Part shown: in pieces, positions 25,951 to 40,759 of the stretch | Layout: every line of letters begins with the position of its first letter | Position numbering within the stretch: the stretch's first letter is position 1 | From: the human T2T-CHM13v2.0 reference genome, Homo sapiens | Assembly: GCF_009914755.1 (NCBI RefSeq) | Contig: NC_060935.1 | Length of the DNA stretch: 64,000 nucleotides | Direction: 5' to 3' (one strand) | Notes under the pieces: model-generated | What the model saw: the letters and a program-made list of their open reading frames with translations, nothing else | What the model was told of the DNA's origin: nothing | The model's database searches: none | Made by a program: the position numbers and the translations under genes

Positions 25951-27277
25951 AAGAACTGTTATCCTAATCTCTAAAATCTGTGAAAGGGGCTGTCTGCCCT
26001 AGCTATCAACCCCACTGAGGGTATGGTAGAATAGGGTGTCTATAGGATGACTCTCAGAGATAGGCATAGTTCATTGGGATGTGACCTATGTTCTTGCATT
26101 GACAGTGCTCTACTAAATCCAGGACTGATTAATTATTTTACATCTGAAGATGGTCTGGCTGGTTCAGTTGTTGGAAATGAGCACAACATAAACCTACACA
26201 ATGCATGAAGAATCCTCTCAAAACCACATGAGAGAAGGATGCAGTTGAGTTTTTACTATTTTCCTCCTCACTGCCCAGAGCCTTTAATCTAAGAGAATGG
26301 CAAGAAATAAATGACATTCAAATGTCATCTATTAATTTGTCTTTGGCCCATATTTGGGTGACCACACTTCAGATCAACACTTATTCCACCCCACTTTTCC
26401 CCATAGAATGTCCTGTTTAAGAGAATTATGAGTCTTGGCTCTGGGGAAGTGCTTTGAGATGAGAAAGGCTATGCTCCCATCTCAACCAAGCACTTTGTTA
26501 GATAAACAGTAGAGAAGACACTTAGGGGCAGAAAGGACACGAGCCTGGGTGTGTCCAACATTTAGTGTGACCTACAGCGAGTCAGGCATTGAGGTATCTT
26601 TGTATGCATGACCCTGGTTTCTTCCATGCAGCAAAAACCTGCTTCTTCTCCTTGAGTTCTCTGACACCGACTGCCTGTTCTGTTATTTACTTGCTGTGTA
26701 ATTTTAGGGAAGCTCCTTTATTTCCATCCAAGTTTTTAGTTTCCTTATCAATAATATGGGATATTGATAAACACCTCATCATTTTTATTTATTTTGATAA
26801 GGATTAAATGAAACATATTAAATAAAGCAACTAGTATGGTGACTGGCACAAGATACACACTTCATATATGATAGCTGCCAGCAATCTGCTAGTGGCGACA
26901 GGAGCAGCAATAGTGGTGGTGGTGGTAGAAGAAACAGTACTGGTGGTAACAGTAGTATGATTAGTGGAAAGAGATTTGGAAACCAAATAAACCTCTTTGC
27001 TTTTTTAAACAGGATGGTAGACAAATATATCTGTACTTAGGAAACTAAATTATTGTTATACAGATGACATTTCCTCAATAATTTCCTTTTATTCCTCTTT
27101 AGCATTTAATACAGTTCTATTTCAAAATTGGAAACTATTCCAGCTGCTCCAAGAGGAGTAAAATAAAGGAAGCTGTGAGTTTCACTGGACTAGAGCCTAA
27201 AGTCTGAACAGTAAATGTTAGACTTGAGCAGGGTGATGGTAGCAGGAGCTCAAAGATAAAATAAAATTACATCTCCC

Positions 27278-27692
27278 TGTTATTGCTTGAACAATTGTTT
27301 CCCCTAAAAAGATAGGTTGAATTCCTCACATTCAGTACCTGAGAATGTGATCTTATTTGAAAATAGGGTCTTTGCAAACATAATCAAGCTAAGCTAAGGT
27401 TATTAAGGTGGTCCCTAAGCCATTATGACTGGTGAGAAGAGGAGAGACCCAGAGATAGCAAGAGAAAATGTGATGATGAAGGAGACTGTGGTTGGTGGTG
27501 TGGGCTGCTGTAAACCGAGGAGTGCCTGGGGCTACCAGAACCTAGGATAGGCAAGGAAGAACCTCCCCTAGAGGATTAAAAAAAAGAGCATGGCCCTTGG
27601 GAACTGTGCTAACCTCCAAAGCTGTGCGAGAATGTTTCTCTTGTTTTAAGCCATCCATTGATGGTATTTGGCTACCCTAGGAAACTAATCCA
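27278..27692 (+). mobile_element. MLT1B/C-like MaLR LTR
   Basis: gaatgtgatcttatttgaaaatagggtctttgca...ttgttttaagcca...ccctaggaaactaatcca. Confidence 0.8.
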
Positions 27693-27699
27693 CTTTCTA

Positions 27700-28225
27700 G
27701 TGGGGACTCTCCCATCTCAAACTCTTCAGAACTCTCCAAAGACTACAGGACAAAACTTCTACTCCTAAGCATGGTGAGAACAAGCATCTTCACTATCCGG
27801 CCATGCCTACCGCTGTCATTTCACCTCTCAGTCTCCCTGCCTCTGTCTAGTTGGGACACTAGGCTGTTTAAGATCCTGATGCCTCTGTTCAGGCAGTATC
27901 TCAAGCCTGCGTACATGATGAATACCAACTTATCCTTCATTATGTGTCTTGTGCCAACTAGTTTTGAACATTTCCTAAACTTATCTGTCCCCAGTGGTGC
28001 TGGCCATCTCCTACTTGGTTCCAAATGTTGAATATTTCTATCATAGCATCTGAAAAGTTTAACGAAATTTTTGTCCCTTCCTATGAAATTCTTTGAAATC
28101 AAGGACTATGTCTTACTGATGTTTATATTCCTGCACAAATAATTTTCATAACTAATGCTTTATGAATGAATGAGGAATAGCAGGGTAAGTGAATAGCTGG
28201 ATGAATAAATGAATGAATGAATAGT
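27700..28225 (+). mobile_element. L2 3' fragment
   Basis: Ends in a (tgaa)n tail; caaggactatgtctta motif. Confidence 0.6.
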
Positions 28226-28506
28226 AAGTAAAATAGCAAGTAAAAAAAGAATCCTAAAATACCCTGAAGAGAAACTGGTACAGTTAGTCTCCACATACAC
28301 TCCTTACTCCAGCTCTTCACTGCTCAGAACTTGGAAGTTTCTGGAGATAAGAATTCCTGTTTTCTACTTCTCAGTGCTCACAATTTTAATGTGAATTAAA
28401 GTTTTTCTGACTCTGAAACACCCAATGAAGTGTATTCCCCTGCCACCCTTGAGTTCTCCCTAGACTGCTCAATCCATGGTTTTAACAAAACAAACAAAAA
28501 CAATTC

Positions 28507-28846
<340 letters not shown>

Positions 28847-28889
28847 TCAAGATTTTTATGTATCTTGTTCTTTCTATCTTGGAATCAAT

Positions 28890-29640
28890 TGCTGGTATGG
28901 GGAAATAGGTTATGATTTGCGTTTTAGTCCTACTGATTCTGAGACGCTAGGAGGACATCCATGTGAGAATGTCAAGAAGACAAATAGGATTATGGCACAA
29001 GTGCTCAGATGAGAGGCCAGAATAGAAGGTGCAGTTTTGGGAGCCATCTGAAACAGTGGTGGTGCAAGCACAAGAAAGCATGAGACTGATGAAGGGAAAT
29101 GGGGGAAGGCAGAGCAAGTAAGATCAGGGCCAAGGTAGGACCTTGGGGAATATGGGAGAAAACACAGCAAACAGGAAAAGGTCATAAACAAAGGAGTAGA
29201 AGCCTTTGTCCTAGAAGCCAGAAGGAAGAGGTTCTTAAGAAGAGAAGCGTTAGCAATGCCCACACAAAGAAAGCAGTAGGATGAGGACTGGAAAGAGGCT
29301 GTTGGATTCTGCAGTTTAGTTAAGAGATTATAGAGGAAGCTGTTATTTGGTGTCAATACATGAGTGCATGTGATGGAAAAGTGAAGCAAAAAAAGTAGAC
29401 CCCTTTTAAAATTGTCTTTCTTATGAAATAAAGGAGAAGAAATAGGATATTTGCATGGACCAGAAAAAGAGAAACCTGAGCTGAGGAAGAGTGGACAGGG
29501 AGGGATTGAGCTATGAAAAAGTGGAGATGTGTAATGCAATAGGGTCCTAAAGACTGTGGAGGGGCATCAATAGCACAGCAAGAGGGAGGAGAGGACAGTC
29601 TCTGTAAAGGAGCAAGAAGAAGGAAAAAAAAAGGATGAAG
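28890..29640 (-). mobile_element. L2 internal fragment
   Basis: Purine-rich antisense L2 motifs (ctaggaggacatcca, gaagccagaaggaagagg, gatgaggactg). Confidence 0.65.
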
Positions 29641-30529
29641 ACATGGAGATCCTTCTAATCCATGGATAATCAGTCCCATTATTCCAGAAACATTTTAAAT
29701 GTACTAATTTTACTTACATTTAAAATTTACTAATTAGTGGCAGAGCTCAGCTACAGTCTTTTGGAAAACGGGAGCTTCCTTGCATAGTCCCAAATTTAGA
29801 TCAATTATAATGGAAAGGAAATAGTTACAAAATTATTAAAGTTATTGTTCAAAAATATCAAACCAGCATTTTTGTTCATCAATTCAGATTTAAAATTTAA
29901 TTTCATGGTACAATGAACCCATACATAGTTATATCTATCAAGGTCACCCACTCCCAGTCCATCAGCTTACTCTGGGCATTGATGACTATAAAACTCTTTA
30001 GGAGATAAGAATCACCGTTTCCTACTTCTCAGTGCTTACAGTTTTAATGTGAGTTAAGGTTTTTCTGACTCTGAAATACCCAATGAAGTTTATTCCCGTC
30101 ACCCCTGAGCTCTCCCTAGACTGCTCAACCCATGGTTTTAACATAACAAACAGAAAAAATTGGAGGAGCTTCTCAAAGTTTTGAGGCAAGGAGAGGTCAA
30201 TAAGAAAACTTTTAATGGACTCTTTCATTATTTCAAAAGAAGACACATGCACTTTGTTTGAATTACTTGCTTAGTTTCTCATTTCCTCTTTAAATCATCA
30301 CTTTCTTCTTTTTGATACTGAAAACGTGAAGGCCAGAATCCGTTCAGCTTTTATGGTATTTCTTATTATTGTAATAATGTGTGGTTAATGCATTAATTTT
30401 TTTTATCTTGCACACAGTAGGAATCTAGAATTTTCCTTTAGGGCAACATGGTAATTAGAAGGTTGGATTTGAATTGATCTGATAATATATTCACATCCAA
30501 GGTTAAATGAACATAGACACACAGAAACA

Positions 30530-30690
30530 CACATACAATATTACCTATATATGTATGTGTGCATGTATATACTCTTACATATATAAAATATATATTTGTG
30601 TGTGTACATATGTGTGTATATATACATACATACATATGTATACACACATACACATACATGGTGTGTATAAAGATAGATAAGCAGAGAGCA
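30530..30690. repeat. TA/CA/TG low-complexity tract
   Basis: Degenerate alternating purine-pyrimidine repeat. Confidence 0.85.
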
Positions 30691-32404
30691 TTTATATGTG
30701 AAAAGTTATGAAAAAACTGCCTGGTCTTTCCCATGCCTCCCCCTAGAAACTATTACTTCGGTTCAATTATCTAAAATTCAGCACTTTCAGAGACTTAAAT
30801 TGGGTTAGCAACAAGGTCTAGAGATGTAGGGGGGACAATAAATCCTGGAAAAATTATAAAAGCATAATTAACATGGAGCACAGCCGACCTATGAAGCTGT
30901 GGAGGATGCACTGCCTCCCCTATCTAGACTATCTCCACATTGTCTGAATACTCTGGATAATTGGCGGTCTCTCTTCTGTTTCTGCTTTCATTTCAGCAAC
31001 AGAATTTTTTAATTACTAATTTGAAAAAATGCCAACTCTGATATATTTTATTACACATGAAACTTGAATCCCTACTTCCCCAACCTAGAATATATATTTT
31101 CTCACTATAGATATAGTAAGGATATAGTAAATCTCTACATAGTATAGATACAGTAAAGATATGGTAATGACTATTAAATGTCACTCAGCCCTGCATGGAT
31201 TTAACCATTTTTTCAACCAGTGAACAGTGATTGAAGATCTCTTATCTGGCATTGAGACAGAAACAAAGACAAAGGAAGGCCTGTTTACTGCCCTCAAATA
31301 GGACAAAATCTATTGGAGGAGATTACTCTGAATATAAATAATTACACCATGAGATAAATGTGAGTGGAAATATGTGTACAGCCACATGGAAACACTGGAG
31401 ATGAAGCATGTAATTGCACGTGGACCACAGAGCCTTCCAGCAGAATCTCGAAGGCACCTGGGTGGACTGAGGGGATCAAGGCATCCAGTGAGTGAGGACA
31501 GCATTTGCAAAGGAACCGAAACAGGTCATGTTTGGGGAATTACATGTGGTTTGGTGTCGAGGGAGAGAGATTAAAATAACTGAGGGTGAGGGAGAAAAAG
31601 CTAGTTATGACATGCCAAAAATGTTTAATGTTTTCCTAATACGAAAGCAAGTGGGATTTCAAAATGACTTTTCTTATCAGCTAAAAGTAAGATAGAAACA
31701 TTGAAGTTGTCTGGTTGCAAAGAAAAGGACTGTCAGTGGAAAGTGCCGGTGCCTGGGAGAAATGTTGGACTCATTGGCTTTGAATCTTTCATTTTCTTGA
31801 AAGAAATATATCTCGTTCTGATGGCTGGACATTATGGTTCAATTTGGTAGATTGCAACGTGGTGATGATAACGCAGGCTGTATTTGGAAGACGTTTTTAT
31901 TGAGTCCAACAGAGAGAAGAAGTCTGAGCTGAGACCTCACCGCACTGCAAAAGGATGAACACATTTTCTTCCTTTGAGGCACAGACTACAGGCAGTTTCC
32001 CTATTTGGGAAGGAAAATATGATTTCAAGTGCTTAAAGCATCAAGTGAGTCTTTCAAACTGTATTTTGATGAAGTAAGTATGAATAAATGAGAAACGTAT
32101 GGATTTCATTTTCCTGATGATCCATACAGATTTAAAACTAAGGAGCAAGGAGCTTGAGGCAAATCATGCTTTGGACTTAATCCAAACACAAATGTTTGAG
32201 AAATCATTTGGAATTTTCATGAATCTGCATGGAAATCCAGTTATGCATCTTTCCATCATGTGCTCTGTGAATTTTACTCAGAATCCAGCTTTGTGTGAAC
32301 ACAGAGTCATCTGCGGAGAAATAGTCCAAACAGGCTTGAGGAAACTTAGTGACTATGTTGGGTACACAGTGACCTCATGTGTGTCAATAAAAATATCAGT
32401 TCCT

Positions 32405-32948
<544 letters not shown>

Positions 32949-33011
32949 ATCTAAAGAGTCCCCTTCTGTTCCTCCCCTTAACATACAAACATACCCATTG
33001 CACTAACAGAT

Positions 33012-33418
33012 TTCACTAGGTTATGCTGCAATGACAAGCAGTCCCTATATCTTAGTGGCTTATAGCAATGAAGGATTTGTTTCTCATTCTTGTCACACTC
33101 TTAAGGGCTGTGGGGAGGCGGAGGTCTCCTCCATGTAGATAGGAAGCAGGTAGAAAAAGCAACCCCTTTCTGGGACACTCCATTTATGAGGCAGAAGGAA
33201 AAAGGTGCTGGCAAAACCATATAGTGGTTCTTCAAACTTTTGTCTAGACGAGGAGGCATAGATAACTTCCACTCTTGGTTCATTGGTCAAGGCAAGTCAT
33301 AGGTCCAAGCTTGATCACAGTGAGATAAGACTACACTTCCCACAGGGAGGGGCAGCAGGGAGCTACCTTAGAGGGAATGAGACAGCAAATATTTTGAACA
33401 AATAACATAATCTACTGT
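33012..33418 (-). mobile_element. MLT1J/K-like MaLR LTR
   Basis: ctaggttatgctgcaatgacaa...cattggtcaaggcaagtcat...ttgaacaaataacataatctac. Confidence 0.7.
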
Positions 33419-36182
33419 ATCTATTATCTTTCAGCATTATTAAATTTTGAAACTGCGTTTTCTTATTTATTATCTGCCCCCCTCAAATTGCAAGCTGCGT
33501 AAGGGAAAAGATCATATCTTACGTTTGTCACGTAGTAGGGGCAGGTATTTAGGACGTACTCAATAGATATTTGCTGGATAAATAAATGAAGTTTCTGCTT
33601 TTCCTTCTGAAAATGGAACATGTTGATATCTGTTCTTTATAGGAATGACAAGAAGATCAAATGAGAAAATCAACCTTCCTTCCTTATTCTTAGGGCACAA
33701 GATTGCAGAAATTTTTTTAGGACAAATCATGTGACTGCTTTCCAGACAGATGAGAAAAAGTTTGCACTCCAGAAAGGATACTGTTGCATGCAGTTCTCAG
33801 ATTCTCCTCCCATTTCCAGTCTTTTCCCTGCTGCCCGCAGCATCAGTGAGCCTTATTGGCAGCAGAGATTGGTCTGTTCCTGTGTTTTCTCTCTGGGTGA
33901 ACTTGTTCCGGGGAGATACAGGGGGACTTATCAAGGCTCTGGGCTTCTCTATTAACAGGATAAGGATAGTGTTTGCCTGAAGTCTTTAGATACCCAGGCC
34001 TCTGACAATAACTCATCTGTGTTACTTAGAAATACCTCTCTGGGAGCCTCCTCCAGTTCAAGTGGCTTGAGAACCCTGTTAGAACATCTGACTGGTTGCT
34101 GGAGACTCGAGAGTTTTGTTTTGTTTTAACAAATGTTTTCAGATAGGAGATCCAAGAGCAACTCATATTGTTTTCTCAAATTTCCCAGGGAAACACATAT
34201 ACTGTGGATTAGCCTTGAAAACAGGGAGTTGACAAAGATCCACAGTATAATAATCATGCTACTTCTTCCCTGCCTGGAGCTTTAGAATGATATTCATCAT
34301 TAATCAATCATCTTATTTATCACTGAGTTAATTCAACACAATTAATAATTTGGAAGCTCAGTATGCCTGTTATACTTCTGGGCACTATCATTACAATTAC
34401 ACATTTTTGTCTTGATGTTTTTTTTTTCTTGCCTGATACAGATCCACTTGTTTCTCTAGTTCCCAAGTACAGAGTCTAGAGTTTATTCTTAACCAATTAG
34501 CCTATTTGGGAGTCCTCATTGCACTGGAAGTTCTTTGAGAACCTGGACATTTAGTTCCAACCCCACTCCTGCTGCCTTGATGATCCCCAGGGAACCTCTG
34601 TCTTAGGAGCACAGATTGCTTTTCTTTGAATGTCACTGAGCAGTATCTTCCGCCCCCCCCAGATTATGGATGAGGATAGAAAAATCCATTCAGGGACTGT
34701 GGATGTGCCAAGATCCCACAGCTTCTGCTTTGACTTTACTAGGACCCTGAACAACCTGGAGGAGAATGAGTTATGCTTTAATGGCAGTGGCCATGACATT
34801 CAGCTTTCTTGTTCTTTTCCCAACAATAGCAAAGAGCAATGTCCGGCTGCTGCCTGCCTGGGCAGATTGCACTACAGGAAGACAGCTCAGATGTGGGGAA
34901 CAGAGGGAGTGAGTGAATGCCACTTCCTTTGTGCCTTTAACGCTGCAAGTTGGAGAGACATTTTCAGAAATTACTGTGTTTTCCCCCCCATCCCTTAACT
35001 GAATTCCTTCAAGCCCCCTTTTAACCTTCTTCTCCTTCTACCCAGGATCTCTGGACGGCCTTAGGATTCAATTTGTCCCTGTATCTGGGTAACTTCAAAA
35101 GTTCAGCCCACATTTCCCTCCTATTTCCAGGCTTCTATGTCTGAGACTTAATGGACATCTTCATCTGAAGGTCCTGTACCTGCTTCAAATAGAACATGCC
35201 CAAAATGACAGCACTTATTGTTCTGCTCAAGCCTGCTTTTCTTCCTTTGTGCCCTTTTCTAGATAACTGAGTGCTACCTCTTCCCTTACGCTGGGCTATC
35301 TTCCTCTTAATGACCACCCTCCAGTTCAGCAACTCTCACTTTTTTGCCTGTCTCTTCTGACCACAAACTCTTTGGAAACAGTTGTATTAACCGTCTCCAC
35401 GGCCTTCAATAATGGAGCCCAGAAAGTGCGAGACAGTACATGTTTGTATAAAAATTACTGAATAAAGTGAGTATTATCATAACTCATATGTAATCAAGCC
35501 TGGCTCACTCTGGTCAGTGTGAGCAGAGTGGAGAAGCCCGGGAAGGGTCTGGACATGGGTCTAGACCAACTAATCGCAGAAAATGGGGATCAAAAGAAGG
35601 TGCAGTCCAGCAGCTAGGACACAAAATGTGGAGAGTGTGGTGACAACAGGCCTCATTTCAGGCAAGTAGAGGGTGCCAGGGTGAGGTCTTATGTGACAGT
35701 GCAGTAGATAGAGTCTAGGGAGGAAACATTTAAGACCCAAGCACAGACAGTACCAGGAATATACCCTGGAAAGCAGCAAGGGCTGGGCAGGGCCCGTGGG
35801 AGCCCATAGAAAGGACTGGAAAAAGCAAGGTCAAGGGAGTGAGTTATTTTCTAAGCCAGGAGGTAAGCACATAGTTCTCAGGTATCCTGATGGAGGCTGA
35901 AGGGGAGCACTCCTCCCAATGTGGATGTCCAGTGTGCACTTGCTCAGACCTGGGACCCAAGGGCTGGCTGGGCTGTCCATAGGGAAACTTGTGGCTGAGG
36001 GCCAGGATATGGTACTGGGTCTGCTAAGGTTCCTCCTACACTGGTCAGCCTTATCCTAGAGCCAAAAAGCGATTAGACACTGAGTGGGCAGTAAGGACCC
36101 TGGCTGTAAGAAGAGATGCTGTTGCACATTAGATGGGCCTAACACATTTTAAAAGTCTATATTGGTCCTATTTAAAGCATTA

Positions 36183-36515
<333 letters not shown>

Positions 36516-36537
36516 CTAAGTATGAAAACATCTTCTA

Positions 36538-36645
36538 GAAACTAGGTGAAGGGTATATAGAGACTCTCTGCACTATCTTTGCAACTTTTCTATAAGTCTA
36601 AAATTATTCCAAAATAAAATCCTGATTTAAAAATATTTATTAAAA
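36538..36645 (+). mobile_element. L1MC/L1MB-type 3' end fragment
   Basis: ggtgaagggtatatagagactctctgcactatctttgcaacttttc...aaaataaaa. Confidence 0.7.
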
Positions 36646-39600
36646 ATAATCCTTTATTTGTGATCTAACTTCTAACTGGATTTAGAATATTGAATTTAAG
36701 TACGTGGGAGCCTTCCATTGAAAAAAAACTAATGGGTGATACCTAATTCCTTACTGGTATCAGATGATGCCAACCTGGCTAGGTGTGGTATAGATCACAG
36801 AGAGACATTTACTCAGTAGATAATTTCCATAGCCACAGAGGCTGTCCTGGAGTCCTTTCCATGAGCACATTCAGGAAAAGGCAGTGCTTCTTACTCTAGT
36901 TCTTACACTCTGACCCTAGTACCAAGGTGAGATGAGAGATGAAGACGTACTCTAGAAAAGAAGGAAAGTGTGAGGAGAATGGGAGCCTGTGGCATTACAG
37001 TCCCATGAAATTGAAGTCAACACTTCCTTTGCTGCTTCCTCTACTTTCAAATGCATCAGCCCCTGCCTGTCCTTAGATGACCTTGTTTCCTGGAGCTGCC
37101 GGTTGACAAGTAAGGTTGCCAACGGAAGCCAGTTGCTCTCTTCTGATGCTGGAACTTACAACCTGTCATCTTTTGTTGTCTGCAGAGCAGAGAACATAGC
37201 CAAGCCGGCAGGGACAGTCTGTTGTATGAGTCTGGATCTCATTGCAATGATGCAATTTATTTACACATACCAAGGATGAGCCATAAATCCTTACCACTGC
37301 TACTCTGTCTCAGTCTCCCAGTGGTCAGGAAAAATTATGACAGGGGTGGAGAGGAGATGGAAGGGCCCTAAGACGGTGATAATTTTTCCCTAGGTCTAAA
37401 CCTGGTACGGAGATGTGGATGCAATGGTCATAATGCAGGCATATTTATTAACCTGCATATCCAATAGCATTCTTAATATGGCACCCTGACTTGTATGAGA
37501 ACCAAAGCTCCCAAATATATTTGCAAGTAAGTGGAGGGGAGTCAATTGATTGAGAAGATTTCAGACAACCTTAGAGAGAGATGGAGGGAAGTGCAGCGAG
37601 TTCACTAACTAGAGAGAGAAAGCATGAAAGAGAAGACTCAACAAAATCGAGTACAAATTAAAAATCCCTCGAGTGTTATTTAATCAGTGCTGGAGTGAAT
37701 AGTGGACAAACAATCAGTGAGCTCAGCAAGAAAACCTGAATTATTTCTAACCAGGCCAACCTGCATCTGGAAGGGAAACTATGCAGCTGCCGAGAATCTT
37801 AGTGTACATTTGTTTAGGCAGTCCTAAATTATTTCCTTCTTATCTTCTCCTTCTGGGGGCTTCCCTTTGATTGGGCAATGTCCGGAAGTTCCAGGCTGGG
37901 AGGCTTCTCAGGTAGAATCAGCTGAAGAGAGGGGCTGGAAACCCGCCAGGGCCGGAAGATGCATCATCATTCAGGGCAGCCCTGGGGGAGTTGCTGACTC
38001 AAGAGGAAGGTCTTATTGACAGAGAACAGGCATTCAATGGATCTAGGGTACCAAGTCATTAGAGAGGGACCAATGAAAACAAGATTCTCTGAAGACAGAG
38101 GACAGAGTATCAGGACAGAAGTGAGGGCTCAAAGAAAATACCTAATTCCCAGAGAAAATGTGGAATTGTAAGAAGTTTCCTAGCTCAAGAGAAGTGACCA
38201 AGATCAAGTTCAAACATCCCTGTGCGCACCTTGTATGACCCTGGGTAAAACCGCTGGGCCAATTTCCTCATATATAAAAGGAAAACCTGCCCTAACAATC
38301 TTACAGGGGTATCATGAGAACCAATTGCAATGACACATATATAAAAATTGTGATTGCAATATGGACCAGATAAGACACCTTTGACCTTGAACAGGACTGA
38401 TTTTATCTATTTCCCCCACCTTCCCCCATCCTCGCCTCATCAGTTGTGAGACTAAGTGCATTTTTTATTGTATTTTTATTAGTTATATGCAAATATCTTA
38501 TTTCCTCTTTTTAATTTGCTTACACTACAGACAGGCAGTATTTTTGATGACTAGACTGTTAGCATATTGTATTTACAATGAAATCCCTATTGATAATGTT
38601 TCCATTGATTTCTTTCCCCACATCCATCGTGATTGCTTTAAAATACCTACAGATTGGCCAAAACTCTCTGCTTGACAGCTCTCCTCACCCATAAGTCATT
38701 TCTTTCAGTATTTGGAAACAGTCAATGAGGGATTTTCTATATATCTACGTATCTTTTGTGTTTACATATACATACACAGTACCTGCCTCCATGGAATACA
38801 AAGCCTTCTGGAAATATTGCACAATTAATTCTCTTGGCTGAACTTTAAACCAGGAAACACAAATGGACATTTCCCCCATTTAATGGAGTAAAACAGAGGC
38901 CCAGCCACTCATAGAATGAATATTATAATTGATTACAGTCTATTGCTCTCAAAACCCAAGCCTCTTACACATAGTGTTTCTCACTGACTTCAGATGGCTC
39001 CCTCTACTCTTCATTTGACTCTTATGGAAAGCCACAACCTCGGTTTGGCCTAAAAGAACAGTTTACATTGGGTTGGGGGGATTGAGAGAGATAACACAAG
39101 GGCCTAACTTTACTACATGTCTACCCAGAATGCCTCTGACTAGGACCTTCCCAGTTGGCTTGTTTTCCTGGTAAATCAAAGCTATGCTGGCCATTCTCAG
39201 ACTCTATCTTCACCTCATCCTGAAATAGCTGTGACTCCACCAGTTGCTGCAGAAGGAATTAAGTATTTGGCTATTCTGTCATATACCTTCAAGGCATAAC
39301 ACATGAATCTTAAGGTGCTAGGTCAGAAGAATAGATTTTAAGAGCTCAAGGGAAGAGAAGTGTGCCTGCAACCTGCTTTCAGCCCAAGAGTCAGAGGTAG
39401 ATGATTGGATGTCATTAAAAGAGAATTCCTAAGCCTGGGGACATAATTAACAGAACTGTGGCCACCTGCTGTCAGGTGCCAGCATTGGGGGTAATTAGTA
39501 AATCGGGTACCTGAGAACCACAGGGCTAAGATGGAAAAGAAACAGAAAAAGAGCATTCAAAGAAGCAGACTAAAATCCCAGAAAAGATCTTGGGAGTTTA

Positions 39601-40294
39601 GAATAGCAGTCTGGAAAAAAAAATCAATTGGTTCCTTTATGAGTGGCTGATGAAACAACAACCCTGGCCTGGTGAAATATCACTGGACCTACGTGCCCAG
39701 GGTCGGAGGCTGACCTAATCAACGTCCAAAGCCAGCGTCATTGTGCTACAGGGTCTATCCTTAGCATCCTGCAAATAATGAAAAGGGGAGCAATCGATAT
39801 GGGACATGACGAAAGCCCAGGAAAGCCAAAAGGAGTTGGCAGGTCACGGGAGGAGAGAGGCAAGAGAAACAAAAAAGCCCTGGAGATGTCAGCCTCAGAT
39901 TTCTCAAGCAACACAAAGGATGTTGGATTTCAATGCACACTGCTTGGCTCTGTTCACAGTATAAAAGAGAACAAGGTGGTCAGTGTTAAAGGAGAGAGGA
40001 AAAAATGGCTGACGACAGTCTTGGAGCTGAATTAAAAAACATCAAATTAAAGGCGTGTGTATTGAACTGAGGAGCTGAGTGGGGGTGCTCGCCCCATAAC
40101 TCTACAATTACCAGGGCCGGTACCTAGGCTCCCAGGCAGCATATCAACCAATGAGAGGGGTCAGGGAGCCCAAGAATGCTCTAAACCACTTCTTCCCACA
40201 GAGTCTTTCCCATTTGAACGTTAAGTCCTTTTACTTACTGCTTTGATTTTCATGAGCATGCAAACGTTCCTGAGGAGACATAACCTTCATGTGA

Positions 40295-40759
<465 letters not shown>

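Noticed and set aside
28910-29539. 209-aa ORF on the minus strand
   Set aside because: Pyrimidine-rich strand of a decayed L2 fragment; no intact RT motifs.
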